Source: Vicinamibacterales bacterium (lineage in GTDB: Bacteria > Acidobacteriota > Vicinamibacteria > Vicinamibacterales > UBA8438). Taken from it: a DNA stretch of 64,000 nt. Below are positions 19,089 to 29,711 of the stretch, piece after piece (within the stretch, counting starts at the first letter, position 1; every line of letters begins with the position of its first letter). The position numbers and the translations under genes are program-made. The stretch covers positions 1,685,728 through 1,749,727 of the forward strand of contig OZ241896.1 in NCBI GenBank assembly GCA_965203565.1, given 5' to 3'. The notes below the pieces were generated by a model, which saw only the letters and a list, made by a program, of their open reading frames with translations, ran no database searches and was not told the origin of the DNA.

Positions 19089-20708
19089 GTGCGCGCTGTT
19101 TCTCCGTTGGCGATCGGCTCGGGCGCCGTCGTGCTGTCGGCGCTGGTCGGCGGATTGTTCGGCGGGCGGGTCCTGGCGACGCAGGAAGACCTCCCGCAGC
19201 GCTACGACCGGTTCGCCGCCGCGCTCGCCGCGATAGAGACGCACTACGTCGAAGCGGTCGACGCCGAGCACCTGATCCACCAGGCGATCGGCGGCATGCT
19301 CCAGACGCTCGACCCGCACTCCAGCTTCATGGATCCGCGCTCGTACTCCCAGCTTCGGGAGCGGCAGGAGGGCCGCTACTACGGACTGGGGATCTCGATC
19401 AACGTCATCGACGGCGACATCACGGTGATGAGTCTCTTCGAAGGGTCGCCGGCCTACCGGAGCGGGCTGCGGCGCGGCGACGTCATCGCCAGGATCTCCG
19501 GGCAGGACGCGAAGGACATGAGCAGCGACGACGCGGTGCGGCTGCTCCGCGGCCCCAGGGGGACGTCGGTCGAGATCTCGATCCGGCGGTTCGGCTACGA
19601 CGCGCTGATCGATCTGACGGTCGAGCGCGACGAGATCACGATCGCGACGGTCGAGGCGGCGTTCCTGGTGGACGATCGGACCGGGTACGTGAAGCTCGGC
19701 GACTTCTCCGAGACGACCGACGCCGATCTGAGCGCCGCGCTGCGCAGGCTGCGGGACGCGGGGATGGAGCGCCTCCTCCTCGACCTCCGCAACAATCCGG
19801 GCGGGCCGCTCGATCAGGCCATCAAGGTGTCGAACCAGTTCCTGCCGCGCGGCGACCTGATCGTGTACACGCGCGGCCGCGTGGACAACTCCGATCAGGA
19901 CTACCATGCGACGCGGGAGGGGGCGTTCACCCGGCTCCCGCTGGTCGTCCTCGTGAACCGGAACAGCGCGAGCGCTTCCGAGATAGTCGCCGGCGCCATC
20001 CAGGATCACGACCGCGGCCTGATCGTCGGCGAGACGACGTTCGGCAAGGCGCTGGTGCAGTCGATCTACCGGGTCAGCCACGGAGCCGGGCTGGCGCTGA
20101 CGACGGCGCGGTACTACACGCCGAGCGGGCGCATGATCCAGCGTCCGTGGGACGGCGCGTTCGACGAGTACCTCGCCTACTCGATGCGGGAGCAGCATCC
20201 GCGCCCGCATTCTCCGGCGGAGCGGAAGTATACGGCCGGCGGACGCGTCGTGTACAGCGGCGGCGGCATCGAGCCCGACAACCGCATGGCCGGCCCGATA
20301 GAAGGGTTCGATCCGTCGCGGCTGGGGCGTCTGCTGGCCGCGCGCCAGGAGTTCGCGGGCTTCGCCGAGCGTTTTTCGGCGGCCGGCGACCGCCGCATCG
20401 CCGCTCCGAGTCGGGGGCGCAAGGTGGTTGCGCCCGGCTTCACGATCGACGACGCGCTGCTGGAGGAGTTCAAGGACTACGTGCGGGGCCGGGGACTGAC
20501 GATCGACGACGAGGCGTTCGCCGCCGACTTCGACTTCGTCGCGGCGATGCTCCGGTACGAGATCGACAAGGCGGTGTTCGGCGCCGACGAGGCCCGGCGC
20601 AATCTGTTCGACGCGGACCCGCAGACGCAGTATGCGGGGACGCTGTTCGACGAGTCCGAACGCCTGCTCGAAGGATCCGGAAACCCGGCGGTCGTCGCGG
20701 CGCGATAG
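19089..20708 (+). CDS. S41 family C-terminal processing peptidase (CtpA/Prc-like)
   Basis: LDPHS, PDZ (GLGISI), LDLRNNPGG, SASASEIVAGAIQD, TFGKALVQ. Confidence 0.95.
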   Translation: MRAVSPLAIGSGAVVLSALVGGLFGGRVLATQEDLPQRYDRFAAALAAIETHYVEAVDAEHLIHQAIGGMLQTLDPHSSFMDPRSYSQLRERQEGRYYGLGISINVIDGDITVMSLFEGSPAYRSGLRRGDVIARISGQDAKDMSSDDAVRLLRGPRGTSVEISIRRFGYDALIDLTVERDEITIATVEAAFLVDDRTGYVKLGDFSETTDADLSAALRRLRDAGMERLLLDLRNNPGGPLDQAIKVSNQFLPRGDLIVYTRGRVDNSDQDYHATREGAFTRLPLVVLVNRNSASASEIVAGAIQDHDRGLIVGETTFGKALVQSIYRVSHGAGLALTTARYYTPSGRMIQRPWDGAFDEYLAYSMREQHPRPHSPAERKYTAGGRVVYSGGGIEPDNRMAGPIEGFDPSRLGRLLAARQEFAGFAERFSAAGDRRIAAPSRGRKVVAPGFTIDDALLEEFKDYVRGRGLTIDDEAFAADFDFVAAMLRYEIDKAVFGADEARRNLFDADPQTQYAGTLFDESERLLEGSGNPAVVAAR

Positions 20709-20935
20709 CGCGGGCTGCGCTTGCGATACGGCTCGCCGGCTTGCTACACTGCCGTCGGCGTCAACGTGACGCCCCCTCGACGGGCCTCTGCAGCCGCCGC
20801 GTCCGAGGCGCTTCCCGTGCAGGCGCGAACAGGAACACGTCGAAGCGTTCCCAGCCGCTCGACAGGAGAGGAGAGAGCCGACCTGTCCGAGCGGCCCTTT
20901 CGTGTACCGGCGGCGCCGGGCGCGGCGCGCGTGCG

Positions 20936-23900
20936 ATGCGTTTGAACCACCTGAAGATCTCCGGCTTCAAGAGTTTTCCCGAGCGGTCCGAGCTCGCGTT
21001 CGACTCCGGCGTGACGGCCATCGTCGGCCCGAACGGGTGCGGCAAGAGCAACGTCATCGATGCGATCACCTGGGTGCTCGGCGAGCAGAGCGCGCGGAGC
21101 CTCCGGGGCGAGCGGATGGAGGACGTCATCTTCAGCGGGAGCGATGCGCGCCGGCCGACGGCGACCGCCGAAGTCCGTTTGCAGCTTTCCCGGGTGACTG
21201 CCGCACTGGCCGTGCTGGGCGGCCGTGACGCGTCCTCCGGTCGGGCGTCGGGCGACGGCCGCAACGGCTCCGGCGGCGGTTCGAACGGCGGCGGCCACGC
21301 CGCCCGCGCAGGAGACGCCGGGGTCGCCCCGGTGAACGGCGCCGACGCAGCGATCGATCCGTTCGACGAGGCGCCCTGCATCGCTCGGGACGTCGAGGTC
21401 GGGCGGCGCCTGTTCCGGTCCGGCGAAAGCGAGTACCTGATCGACGGGCAGGCGTGCCGCCTGCGCGACGTCCAGGACCTGCTGATGGACTCCGGCATGG
21501 GCGTCAAGGCGTACTCGATCATCGAGCAGGGCACGATCGGCCAGATCCTGGGCGCGCGCCCGCAGGAACGGCGCCGGCTGATCGAGGAAGCGGCCGGGGT
21601 GACGAAGTACAAGAACCGGCGGCGCGCCGCGGAGCTGAAGATCGAGGCGGCGCAACAGAACCTCACGCGCGTCGACGACATCGTCTTCGAGGTCGAGAAG
21701 CAGCGGGGCGCGCTCAAGCGTCAGGCTGCGAAGGCGCGGCGGTACGCACGGCTGCGGGAGGAGCTGCGCCGGTGGGAGAAGGCGCAGTACGCGCGCAGAA
21801 GCCGATCGCTGATGCAGGCGATCGAAGCGGCGTCGGCGCGGCTCGACGATGCGCGCGCCCGCGAAGCCGGCGCCGCGGCCGAGGCGGCGGCGGTCGAGGC
21901 CGCGCACGAACGGCGGCGGATCGAGCTTGCCGAAGTGGAGCGGTCGGCGACCGCCGCCCGCGACGCGGCGCACGGACACGAGCTGGCGGTGGACCGGCTC
22001 CGGCAGCAGATCGAGTTCCACCAGCAGCAGGCGCAGTCCCTGGCCGAGGCTGCCGCTCGGGGCGCCGCGGAGCTCGAGGCGCTGGAGGCGAAACACCAGC
22101 CGTCGCAGGCGGAGCTGTCCGGTCAGATCGATCTGCTGGCGCAGTGCGAGGCCGAGCGGGCCGCGGCGGCGGAGGCGCTGCGGGCCGCCGAGACGGCGCA
22201 TCAGGCCGCACAGGGCGCGCTCAAAGGGATGGACGCCGAAGTGGAGGCGGCGCGAAGCGAGGTCTTTTCGGCCATCAACGCGGCGACGGTGCTCCAGCAC
22301 GTGCTGGGCGCGACGCCGGGCGATCTCGACCGGGTCGGCGCCGACATCGACCGGTTCCAGACGGAGGCGACGGACGTCGCGACCGAGTCCGCGAAGCTGG
22401 CTGCGGAACGCGAGAAGGCCGAGGCGAATGCGGCCCGCGTCCGCGAGGCGATCGAAGCCGCGCGCGGCGCGCGGGCGGAGCAGGAGGCGAAACTTGCGTC
22501 CGCGCGTCCGGAGCACGAGTCCCGGGTCGAAGAGGCGCGGGTTCGCGGGCGCGAGCTGGCGTCGCTGTCCGCGCGCATGACCTCGCTGGAGGAGTTCGTG
22601 ACCGCGCGTGAGGGATACGACGACGCCGCGCGGCTCATGCTGAGCCGGCCGCACGACACGTTCGAGCATCTCGGCTCGGTCGCGGACCACCTGCGCGTCG
22701 ATCGGGGTCGCGAGCGCGTCGTCGAAGCGGGCCTGGGGGAGCTGCTCGAGGCGGTTGTCGTGCGCACGGGGCGGGACGCCCGCGCCGGGGTGGCGATAGC
22801 GACGGCGAACGGCGCCGGCCGCTGCGTCTTTCTCGTCGCCGAGGAGATCGCCTCCGGCGAGGCCGGCTCCCCGCCGGCGCCGTCGCTCGTCCCGTTCACG
22901 GACGTGGCCGGCGTCGAGGGTCCCGCCGCCGAGGCGGTGCGCGGCCTCCTGGCGCGTCGATGGCTCGCGCCGTCGCTCGAGGCGGCGGAGTCCGCGGCCC
23001 GGGTCGCCGGCGACGTGATCGTCGCGCCCGACGGGACGACGTTTCAGGGGTCCGCCATCGTGCGCGGCGGCGGGCGGGCCGCCGATCGCGGCATCTTGCG
23101 CGCCGAAGGGGAGGTCAAGCAGCTCCGCGCCCGTCTGGAGTCCGAACGGGACGCGGTGCGGCGTCTCGACGGCGAAGTCGCCAGGCTCGCCGCCGCTGTT
23201 TCGGAGACGGACGCCGAGGTCAGGGCGCTGCAGGCCGAGGAGCACGCGCGCGAGAAGGAGCTGATCGAGGCCGAGCTCGGGCTGTCGCGATGCGGCGAAG
23301 ACGAGGCGCGTCTCGGCCGGCGGCGCGACGTCGTCCGGACCGAGCAGCGGAAGGCGCAGGAGTCGCGCGATGCGCTCGTGGCGAAGCAGTCCGAGGCGCG
23401 CGAAGCGATCGCCCGGCTGGAGGTCGACCAGCGCGCCGCCGAACAGCAGTGCATGCGCGCCCAGCGCCGCCTGCTCGACGCCCGGGCGTCAGTGGACGAG
23501 TTGAGCCGGAAAGCCAGCGAAGCCAGAGTCGCCCATGCCGAGCTGGTCGAACGCGCGTCGGGCCTCGCAGCGGACGTCAAGCGGCTGGAGGAAGCGGTCC
23601 GCGACCTGGGGCGGCGCATCGGCGTCCTCGCCGCCGACAATCGCCGCGCCGTCGAGGAGCAGGCGTCCCTGGAGGCGTCCGCCGCGCAGTCCACGCGTCA
23701 GATGGATGCGGAGTTCGAGCAGCTCGATGCGCGGCGGGGGGACGTTCGCGCCATCGACGCGCGCGCCGCCGAGTTGCGCGACCGGATTGAGGCACAGGGA
23801 AAACAGGCGCAGGCGGCGCGCGAGACCCTCGACGCCGTCCATGCCGAGATCGCCCGGATCGAGGTCGACAAGGCCAAGGCCGAGGCCGAGCACGACACGC

Positions 23901-24751
23901 TGGCGGCAGCCTGCCGCGACAATCTGCAGGCCGGCCTGGACCAGGTTCGGGCGGAGGTCGAGCAGCTCGAGCGCGACGGCGTCATCGGCGGTGAGGTCGA
24001 GCCGCCCGTCCTCTCCGACGACGACTCCGAGGCGCCTGCGGACCCGCCGGCCGCCGGCGCAGGCGTCGGCGAGTCCGCCGAGGCGGCCGGCCGGCCCGGG
24101 CGGGCGCAACGCGCGCCGGAAGAGATCATCAGCCGGCTGCGCGCCGAGATCGATCGGCTCGGTCCCGTGAACCTGATGGCGATTGAGCAGTTCGACGAGC
24201 TGGAGCAGCGGCGCGACTTCCTGACGACGCAGCGCAAGGATCTGCTCGACTCGATCCGTTCGACCGGCGAAACCATCACGCGGATAGACGCCACGACCCG
24301 CAAGCGGTTCCGGGACGCTTTCGACGCGGTCAACGAGCGCCTGCAGGAGACGTTCTCCACGCTGTTCGGCGGCGGGCGCGCAAGCCTCGTGCTCCTGGAC
24401 GAGACCGACGTCCTGGAGAGCGGCATCGACGTCGTCGCGCAGCCGCCCGGCAAGCGGCTGCAGAACCTTCAGCTGCTGTCCGGCGGCGAGAAGGCGCTGG
24501 CGGCCATGGCGCTGATGTTCGCCATCTTCAAGTACAAGCCGAGTCCGTTCTGCCTCCTCGACGAGATCGACGCGCCGCTCGACGACGCCAACATCGGCCG
24601 GTTCGTCGAGATGCTTCGAGGTCTGGAGGACTGCACGCAGTTCGTGCTGGTGACGCACAACCGGAAAACCATGGAGATCGCCGACCGGCTGTACGGCGTC
24701 ACCATGGAGGAGCCGGGCGTCTCGAAGCTCATCTCCGTCAGGCTCCACTGA
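20936..24751 (+). CDS. smc: chromosome segregation protein SMC
   Basis: GFKSF, GPNGCGKSN Walker A, coiled coils, LSGGEKAL signature, LLDEIDAPLD. Confidence 0.96.
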   Translation: MRLNHLKISGFKSFPERSELAFDSGVTAIVGPNGCGKSNVIDAITWVLGEQSARSLRGERMEDVIFSGSDARRPTATAEVRLQLSRVTAALAVLGGRDASSGRASGDGRNGSGGGSNGGGHAARAGDAGVAPVNGADAAIDPFDEAPCIARDVEVGRRLFRSGESEYLIDGQACRLRDVQDLLMDSGMGVKAYSIIEQGTIGQILGARPQERRRLIEEAAGVTKYKNRRRAAELKIEAAQQNLTRVDDIVFEVEKQRGALKRQAAKARRYARLREELRRWEKAQYARRSRSLMQAIEAASARLDDARAREAGAAAEAAAVEAAHERRRIELAEVERSATAARDAAHGHELAVDRLRQQIEFHQQQAQSLAEAAARGAAELEALEAKHQPSQAELSGQIDLLAQCEAERAAAAEALRAAETAHQAAQGALKGMDAEVEAARSEVFSAINAATVLQHVLGATPGDLDRVGADIDRFQTEATDVATESAKLAAEREKAEANAARVREAIEAARGARAEQEAKLASARPEHESRVEEARVRGRELASLSARMTSLEEFVTAREGYDDAARLMLSRPHDTFEHLGSVADHLRVDRGRERVVEAGLGELLEAVVVRTGRDARAGVAIATANGAGRCVFLVAEEIASGEAGSPPAPSLVPFTDVAGVEGPAAEAVRGLLARRWLAPSLEAAESAARVAGDVIVAPDGTTFQGSAIVRGGGRAADRGILRAEGEVKQLRARLESERDAVRRLDGEVARLAAAVSETDAEVRALQAEEHAREKELIEAELGLSRCGEDEARLGRRRDVVRTEQRKAQESRDALVAKQSEAREAIARLEVDQRAAEQQCMRAQRRLLDARASVDELSRKASEARVAHAELVERASGLAADVKRLEEAVRDLGRRIGVLAADNRRAVEEQASLEASAAQSTRQMDAEFEQLDARRGDVRAIDARAAELRDRIEAQGKQAQAARETLDAVHAEIARIEVDKAKAEAEHDTLAAACRDNLQAGLDQVRAEVEQLERDGVIGGEVEPPVLSDDDSEAPADPPAAGAGVGESAEAAGRPGRAQRAPEEIISRLRAEIDRLGPVNLMAIEQFDELEQRRDFLTTQRKDLLDSIRSTGETITRIDATTRKRFRDAFDAVNERLQETFSTLFGGGRASLVLLDETDVLESGIDVVAQPPGKRLQNLQLLSGGEKALAAMALMFAIFKYKPSPFCLLDEIDAPLDDANIGRFVEMLRGLEDCTQFVLVTHNRKTMEIADRLYGVTMEEPGVSKLISVRLH

Positions 24752-24777
24752 CCGGCGACGGTGCCGCGTCGCGCCGC

Positions 24778-26988
24778 TTACCCCCGCACGTGCTCGCGGC
24801 TGTCCCGGCCGCGCGGCGGGCGCCGCCGCGAGCGGTTGCGCGGAGCAGCGCCCGGAGCGCCGGCGCCCCTGGCGTCTTCCTCGCGGCTTTGAGAGGGCGC
24901 GTCGGCCGGCGGCGTGAGCAACGCCTTCCGGCTCAGCCGCACCTTCCCGGACGGGTCGACGTTGATCACCTTGACGAGGACCTGATCGCCTTCCTGCAGT
25001 TCGTCGCGAACCTCGCCGACCCGGTAGTGGGCGATTTCCGAGACGTGAAGCAGGCCGTCGATACCCGGCAGGATCTCCACGAACGCCCCGAAGTCGGTAA
25101 TGCGCTGCACCTTTCCGAGGTAGGTCTTGTCGAGCTCGGGGCTTGCCGTCAGCTCCTCGATGATGGAGATCGCCTTCCGGGCCGCATCCTCGTTCGCCGA
25201 GGCGACGTTTACCCGCCCGTCGTCCTCGACGTCGATCTTGACGCCGGTGCGGTCGACGATGCTGCGGATCGTCTTCCCGCCCGGTCCGATGACGTCCCGG
25301 ATCTTCTCGACCGGGATGGTGATGGTGACGATCCGCGGCGCGTAGGTGGAGATCGACTCGCGGGGGGCCGCGATGGTGGCCTGCATCGCCTCCAGGATGG
25401 CGAGACGGCCGGCGCGCGCCTGCGCCAGCGCTTCCCGCATGACCTCGGCCGGGACGCCGGTCATCTTGATGTCCATCTGCAGCGCGGTGATCCCGTCGGC
25501 GGTGCCGGCCACCTTGAAGTCCATGTCGCCGTAATGGTCCTCGGCGCCGGCGATGTCGGACAGGACGGCGTAGCGGTCGCCGTCCTCCTCCATGACGAGT
25601 CCCATCGCCACCCCCGCCACCGGGGCCTTGAGCGGCACGCCGGCGTCCATCAGCGCCAGCGTGGCGCCGCAGACCGTGGCCATCGACGACGACCCGTTCG
25701 ATTCGAGGATGTCGGAGACGACCCGCAAGGTGTAGGGGAACGCTTCCTCGCCGGGAACCATCGGGACGAGGCTGCGCTCGGCGAGGTTTCCGTGGCCGAC
25801 TTCCCGCCGCCCCGGTCCGCGCAGGAACTTCACTTCGCCCACGGAGAACGGCGGGAAGTTGTAGTGGAGCAGGAAGCGCTTGTACGTCTCGCCGTCGACC
25901 CGCTCGATCTTCTGCTGGTCGTCGGAGGTGCCGAGCGTGGCCGTCACGAGCGCCTGCGTTTCGCCTCGCGTGAAGACGGCGGAGCCGTGCACGCGCGGGA
26001 GCACGCCCACCTCGGACCAGATCGCGCGGATCTCGTCGAACTTCCGGCCGTCCAGCCGCCGCCCCCGTTCGAGGACCTCGTCGCGCAGCACCTTTTCCTT
26101 GAGCGTCTTGAAGATGCGCCCGGCGTCGGCCCGGCGGTCGGCGTCGTCCTCGGGCAGCGAGTCGAGGAGCTCCGCGAGCACCTGGTCCACGCGCGCGTAG
26201 CTGTCGAGCTTGTCCCGGACCTGCATCGCCTCGGTCAGCGGGGCGAGGACCTGCGCCTCGACCTGCCGGGCGAACGCCGCATCGGTCTCGCGCGCAGCCA
26301 CTGCGACCTTCGGCTTGCCGGCGGCGGCCGCCATCTCGTCGATGGCGGCGACGATCCGCCGGATCGCCTCGTGGCCCGCTTCGAGCGCGCGCAGCATCTC
26401 GTCTTCCGACACCTCCTGCGCGCCGGCCTCCACCATCACGATCGCGTCACGGCTGCCGGCGACGACCAGATCGAGCCGGCCCCGGCTGCGCTCGCCGTAC
26501 GTCGGGTTGATCAGCAGCTCGCCGTCGACCAGCCCCACCCGGACGGCGGCTATCGTCTTCTCGCACGGTATCTTCGAGACCGCCAGCGCCGCGGAAGCGC
26601 CGGTGAGGGCCAGCACGTCAGGGTCGCTGTCCGAGTCGGCCGACAGGACCATGGCGACCACCTGGGTCTCCCGGCTCCAGCCGGACGGAAAGAGGGGACG
26701 GATCGGCCGATCGATCAGGCGGCTGGTCAGAACCTCCTTCTCGGTCGGCTTCCCTTCGCGCTTGAAGAAGCCGCCGGGAATGCGCCCCGACGCGTAGGTG
26801 TACTCGCGGTAGTCGACGGTCAGCGGCAGGAAGTCGATCCCCTCCCGGGCCGATGGCGCGCAGCAGGCCGTCACCAGGACGACCGTCTCGCCGTACCGGA
26901 CGACGACCGCGCCGTCCGCCTGCTTGGCGAGCTTGCCCGTTTCGAATGCCAGTGTTTCGCGGCCGACGTTGAGGTGGCCTGTGTGCAT
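24778..26988 (-). CDS. pnp: polyribonucleotide nucleotidyltransferase
   Basis: TGKLAKQADG, FTRGETQ, ESNGSSSMA, GDMDFKVAG, KH and S1 domains. Confidence 0.98.
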   Translation of the reverse strand: MHTGHLNVGRETLAFETGKLAKQADGAVVVRYGETVVLVTACCAPSAREGIDFLPLTVDYREYTYASGRIPGGFFKREGKPTEKEVLTSRLIDRPIRPLFPSGWSRETQVVAMVLSADSDSDPDVLALTGASAALAVSKIPCEKTIAAVRVGLVDGELLINPTYGERSRGRLDLVVAGSRDAIVMVEAGAQEVSEDEMLRALEAGHEAIRRIVAAIDEMAAAAGKPKVAVAARETDAAFARQVEAQVLAPLTEAMQVRDKLDSYARVDQVLAELLDSLPEDDADRRADAGRIFKTLKEKVLRDEVLERGRRLDGRKFDEIRAIWSEVGVLPRVHGSAVFTRGETQALVTATLGTSDDQQKIERVDGETYKRFLLHYNFPPFSVGEVKFLRGPGRREVGHGNLAERSLVPMVPGEEAFPYTLRVVSDILESNGSSSMATVCGATLALMDAGVPLKAPVAGVAMGLVMEEDGDRYAVLSDIAGAEDHYGDMDFKVAGTADGITALQMDIKMTGVPAEVMREALAQARAGRLAILEAMQATIAAPRESISTYAPRIVTITIPVEKIRDVIGPGGKTIRSIVDRTGVKIDVEDDGRVNVASANEDAARKAISIIEELTASPELDKTYLGKVQRITDFGAFVEILPGIDGLLHVSEIAHYRVGEVRDELQEGDQVLVKVINVDPSGKVRLSRKALLTPPADAPSQSREEDARGAGAPGAAPRNRSRRRPPRGRDSREHVRG

Positions 26989-27058
26989 GAATTCTGCTCC
27001 CTCGGTTCGAGATGACGGAGACGAGGCGGGGAGGCGCGAGCGGCGGATCGGGCGCGCG

Positions 27059-27325
27059 CTACTTGCGGATGCCCAGCCGCTTGATCAGGACCGCGTACCG
27101 ATCGGAGTCCTTGCCCTTCAGGTAGTCCAGGAGACGTCGCCGCTGCCCGACGAGCTTCAGCAACCCGCGGCGCGAGTGGTGATCCTTGGCGTGGACCTTG
27201 AAATGCTCGGTCAGACTGCTGATGCGCTCGCTGAGGATCGCCACCTGCACTTCCGGCGACCCCGTGTCGGCGTCGTGGGTGCGATACGAGCCGATGAGCT
27301 CCGACTTCCGATCCTTGGGCAACAC
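27059..27325 (-). CDS. rpsO: 30S ribosomal protein S15
   Basis: [32 protein letters not shown]. Confidence 0.98.
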   Translation of the reverse strand: MLPKDRKSELIGSYRTHDADTGSPEVQVAILSERISSLTEHFKVHAKDHHSRRGLLKLVGQRRRLLDYLKGKDSDRYAVLIKRLGIRK

Positions 27326-27447
27326 GTCCGTCCGCCTCCGCGTACGACCCGGACGCTGCCTTGTGAACGGTCAGTTCACGCGCGCGCATCCAGCCGCCGT
27401 TTGCCGCGTTAAACTCTTCTTTCTCCTGTGATTACCGCGATCGAATC

Positions 27448-28368
27448 TTACACCAAGACGATCCGCGGATGCAAAGCGCCGCCGGGTCCCGTCTCGGCGA
27501 TCGCCAGCAGCCTTCCACCGCCGTCGTACACCTTGCACTTGCCCGCCGGCGCCGGGCTCGTCCAGGACCTGACGTCGGCCGGGACCACCGGGTTGCCGTG
27601 GGCGGTCCGCGCCGCGCCGCGGCCGGTCACCACGACGCCCGGCAGCTCGGGCAGCAGGTCGGCCATCGCGACCATCCGCGGCGCGGCGTCATCGGCGCCG
27701 CCGCCCATCTCGTCCAGGCGGACGGCCGCGTCGAGGGTGAACGCCCCGCTCCGCTCGCGGCGCAGGCTTTCGAGGCAGGCGCCGCACCCGAGGCTCCGGC
27801 CGAGGTCGTGGGCCAGCGTCCGCAGGTAGAACCCCGGCGAGCAGGAGACGCGGCAACGGAGCCGATCGTCGCTCAGCGTGAGGATCTCGAAGCGGTGGAC
27901 CGTGACGTCCACCGGACGAAGCTCCACCGGCTTCCGCCGCCGCGCCAGGCGATAGGCGCGTACGCCGCCGACCTTCTTAGCCGAGAACGGGGGCGGCTGC
28001 TGCTGAAAGGCGCCGGTGAACGCGCGGCACGCGGCTTCGACCGCGCCGCGGTCGATCCGCGGCGGCGGTCCGGGAGCGGGCGCGGCCGTCCCGGTCGCGT
28101 CGTACGTGTCGGTCGAGACCCCGAGCCGGATGACGGCGTCGTACGTCTTCGGCCCGGCCGCCAGCAGTGCGGCCAGCCGGGTGGCGCGGCCGACCACGAG
28201 CGGCAGAACGCCGGTGGCCAGCGGGTCGAGCGTGCCGAGATGACCGATGCGCCGGACGCCCAGGATGCGCCGGACCCGGACGACGGCGTCGTGCGACGTG
28301 AGACCCGGCGGCTTGTCGACCACCAGCACGCCGTCCAGCCGCGCGGTCCCGCTAGCTGGTTCCGGCAT
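27448..28368 (-). CDS. truB: tRNA pseudouridine(55) synthase
   Basis: DKPPGLTSHD, GHLGTLDPLATGVL, PPPFSAKK. Confidence 0.97.
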   Translation of the reverse strand: MPEPASGTARLDGVLVVDKPPGLTSHDAVVRVRRILGVRRIGHLGTLDPLATGVLPLVVGRATRLAALLAAGPKTYDAVIRLGVSTDTYDATGTAAPAPGPPPRIDRGAVEAACRAFTGAFQQQPPPFSAKKVGGVRAYRLARRRKPVELRPVDVTVHRFEILTLSDDRLRCRVSCSPGFYLRTLAHDLGRSLGCGACLESLRRERSGAFTLDAAVRLDEMGGGADDAAPRMVAMADLLPELPGVVVTGRGAARTAHGNPVVPADVRSWTSPAPAGKCKVYDGGGRLLAIAETGPGGALHPRIVLV

Positions 28369-29320
28369 CGACCGCCGCCGCCACGTCGGCGACGACCCGG
28401 GCGCGGGCGCCGTCGAACGGCTCCGCGGCGGTGAGGCCGGCGGCGTTGCGATGGCCCCCGCCGCCGTGCGCCGCCGCCACGGCGCGCACGTCGATCGCCC
28501 CCTTCGAACGGAGGCTGACCCGCAACTGTCCGTCCAGTTCCTTGAAGAGCACCGCGGCCTGCACGTCCCGCGCCGCCAGCGGAAGGTTGACCAGCCCGTC
28601 GAGATCCCCGGTCCCGCCGCCCGTCGCGCGCAGCAGCCGATCGTCGACGTCCAGCACCGCCACGCGCCCGCCGGCGGCGAGCTCCATCCGCTCCAGCAGC
28701 GCGCCGGTGAGGCGCAGCTTGCCGACGGTCTCCTGCTGGTGGACGCGCGCCGCCACGGCCGCCGGCGACACTCCGGTCCCGGCCACCTGCCGGCAGATCT
28801 CGAACGTGCGGGCGGTGACGTTCGCGTGGTGGAACGATCCGGTGTCGGTCAGGATGGCGACGTACAGGAAGGTCGCAACGTCGGGCGTGAGCGGGACGCC
28901 GAGACCCTTCACGACGTCGAAGACCATCTCGCCGCAGGCCGCGGCGGTCTCGTCGAACCAGTTGACGGCGCCGTACCCCGTGTTGCCCAGGTGGTGATCG
29001 ACGTTGATGACGAAGCCGCGGTCCAGCCCCGCGATCTCCGTCCGGTCGATCGAGCTGCACTCGAGTATGACCGCCGCGTCGAAAGTCCCTTCGACCCGGT
29101 CGGTGACCTCCACGTCCGCAACTCCTTCGAACGTCTGCAGGAACGGGGGCGGCGGGTCCCGGCTCACCAGGCGCACCTGCTTCCCGAGCCGCCGCAGCGC
29201 GCCGGCCAGCGCGAGCTGCGACCCGGTGGCGTCGCCGTCGGGCCGCGCATGGGAGGCCACCACGAAACGGCGCCGCGTTCGCAGCGCGTCGAGAACCGCT
29301 TCCAGCGGCGTGTCAGCCAT
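28352..29320 (-). CDS. nrnA: DHH/DHHA1 oligoribonuclease/pAp phosphatase
   Basis: HARPDGDA, NVDHH, TDTGSF, GGGGHRNAAG. Confidence 0.92.
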   Translation of the reverse strand: MADTPLEAVLDALRTRRRFVVASHARPDGDATGSQLALAGALRRLGKQVRLVSRDPPPPFLQTFEGVADVEVTDRVEGTFDAAVILECSSIDRTEIAGLDRGFVINVDHHLGNTGYGAVNWFDETAAACGEMVFDVVKGLGVPLTPDVATFLYVAILTDTGSFHHANVTARTFEICRQVAGTGVSPAAVAARVHQQETVGKLRLTGALLERMELAAGGRVAVLDVDDRLLRATGGGTGDLDGLVNLPLAARDVQAAVLFKELDGQLRVSLRSKGAIDVRAVAAAHGGGGHRNAAGLTAAEPFDGARARVVADVAAAVDAGTS

Positions 29321-29693
29321 CGTCCGCGCCGCGGTCGGGCGGGTCGGGCGGACGAGCCGCGCCGACCTCTTCGAGCAGGCGCGCCACGCGGTCCTGGCGC
29401 TCCGCCGAATCGTCGTGGAGGAACGTCAGTTCCGGCACGCGCCGCAGGCCGACGCGGCCGAGCCGCCGCTTGAGGAACGGCCGGGCGCGGCGCAACGCCC
29501 GCCGCGCCGTGCGGGCGTCGCCGTCCGCCAGCAGGGTGTAGTACACGCGCGCATGCTGCAGGTCGTTCGTCATCCGCACGTGCGTCACCGTCACGTTGCG
29601 CGCGCCCGGGTCGCGCACCTCCCGCTGCAGCAGCGCGCCGAGTTCGGTCCGGATCACGTCGCCGACCCGTTGCGGCCGAATGGGACCGGGCAT
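29313..29693 (-). CDS. rbfA: 30S ribosome-binding factor A
   Basis: RPQRVGDVIR, VRDPG, DLQHARVY, LRRVPELTFLHD. Confidence 0.95.
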   Translation of the reverse strand: MPGPIRPQRVGDVIRTELGALLQREVRDPGARNVTVTHVRMTNDLQHARVYYTLLADGDARTARRALRRARPFLKRRLGRVGLRRVPELTFLHDDSAERQDRVARLLEEVGAARPPDPPDRGADDG

Positions 29694-29711
29694 CGGCGGA
29701 CCCATGAGCCG

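Noticed and set aside
18941-20935. 665-aa N-terminal extension of the SMC ORF
   Set aside because: Overlaps the S41 peptidase in another frame; SMC homology begins at MRLNHLKISGFKSF (20936). The same artefact extends the pilD, pheT, bioF and ribA ORFs.
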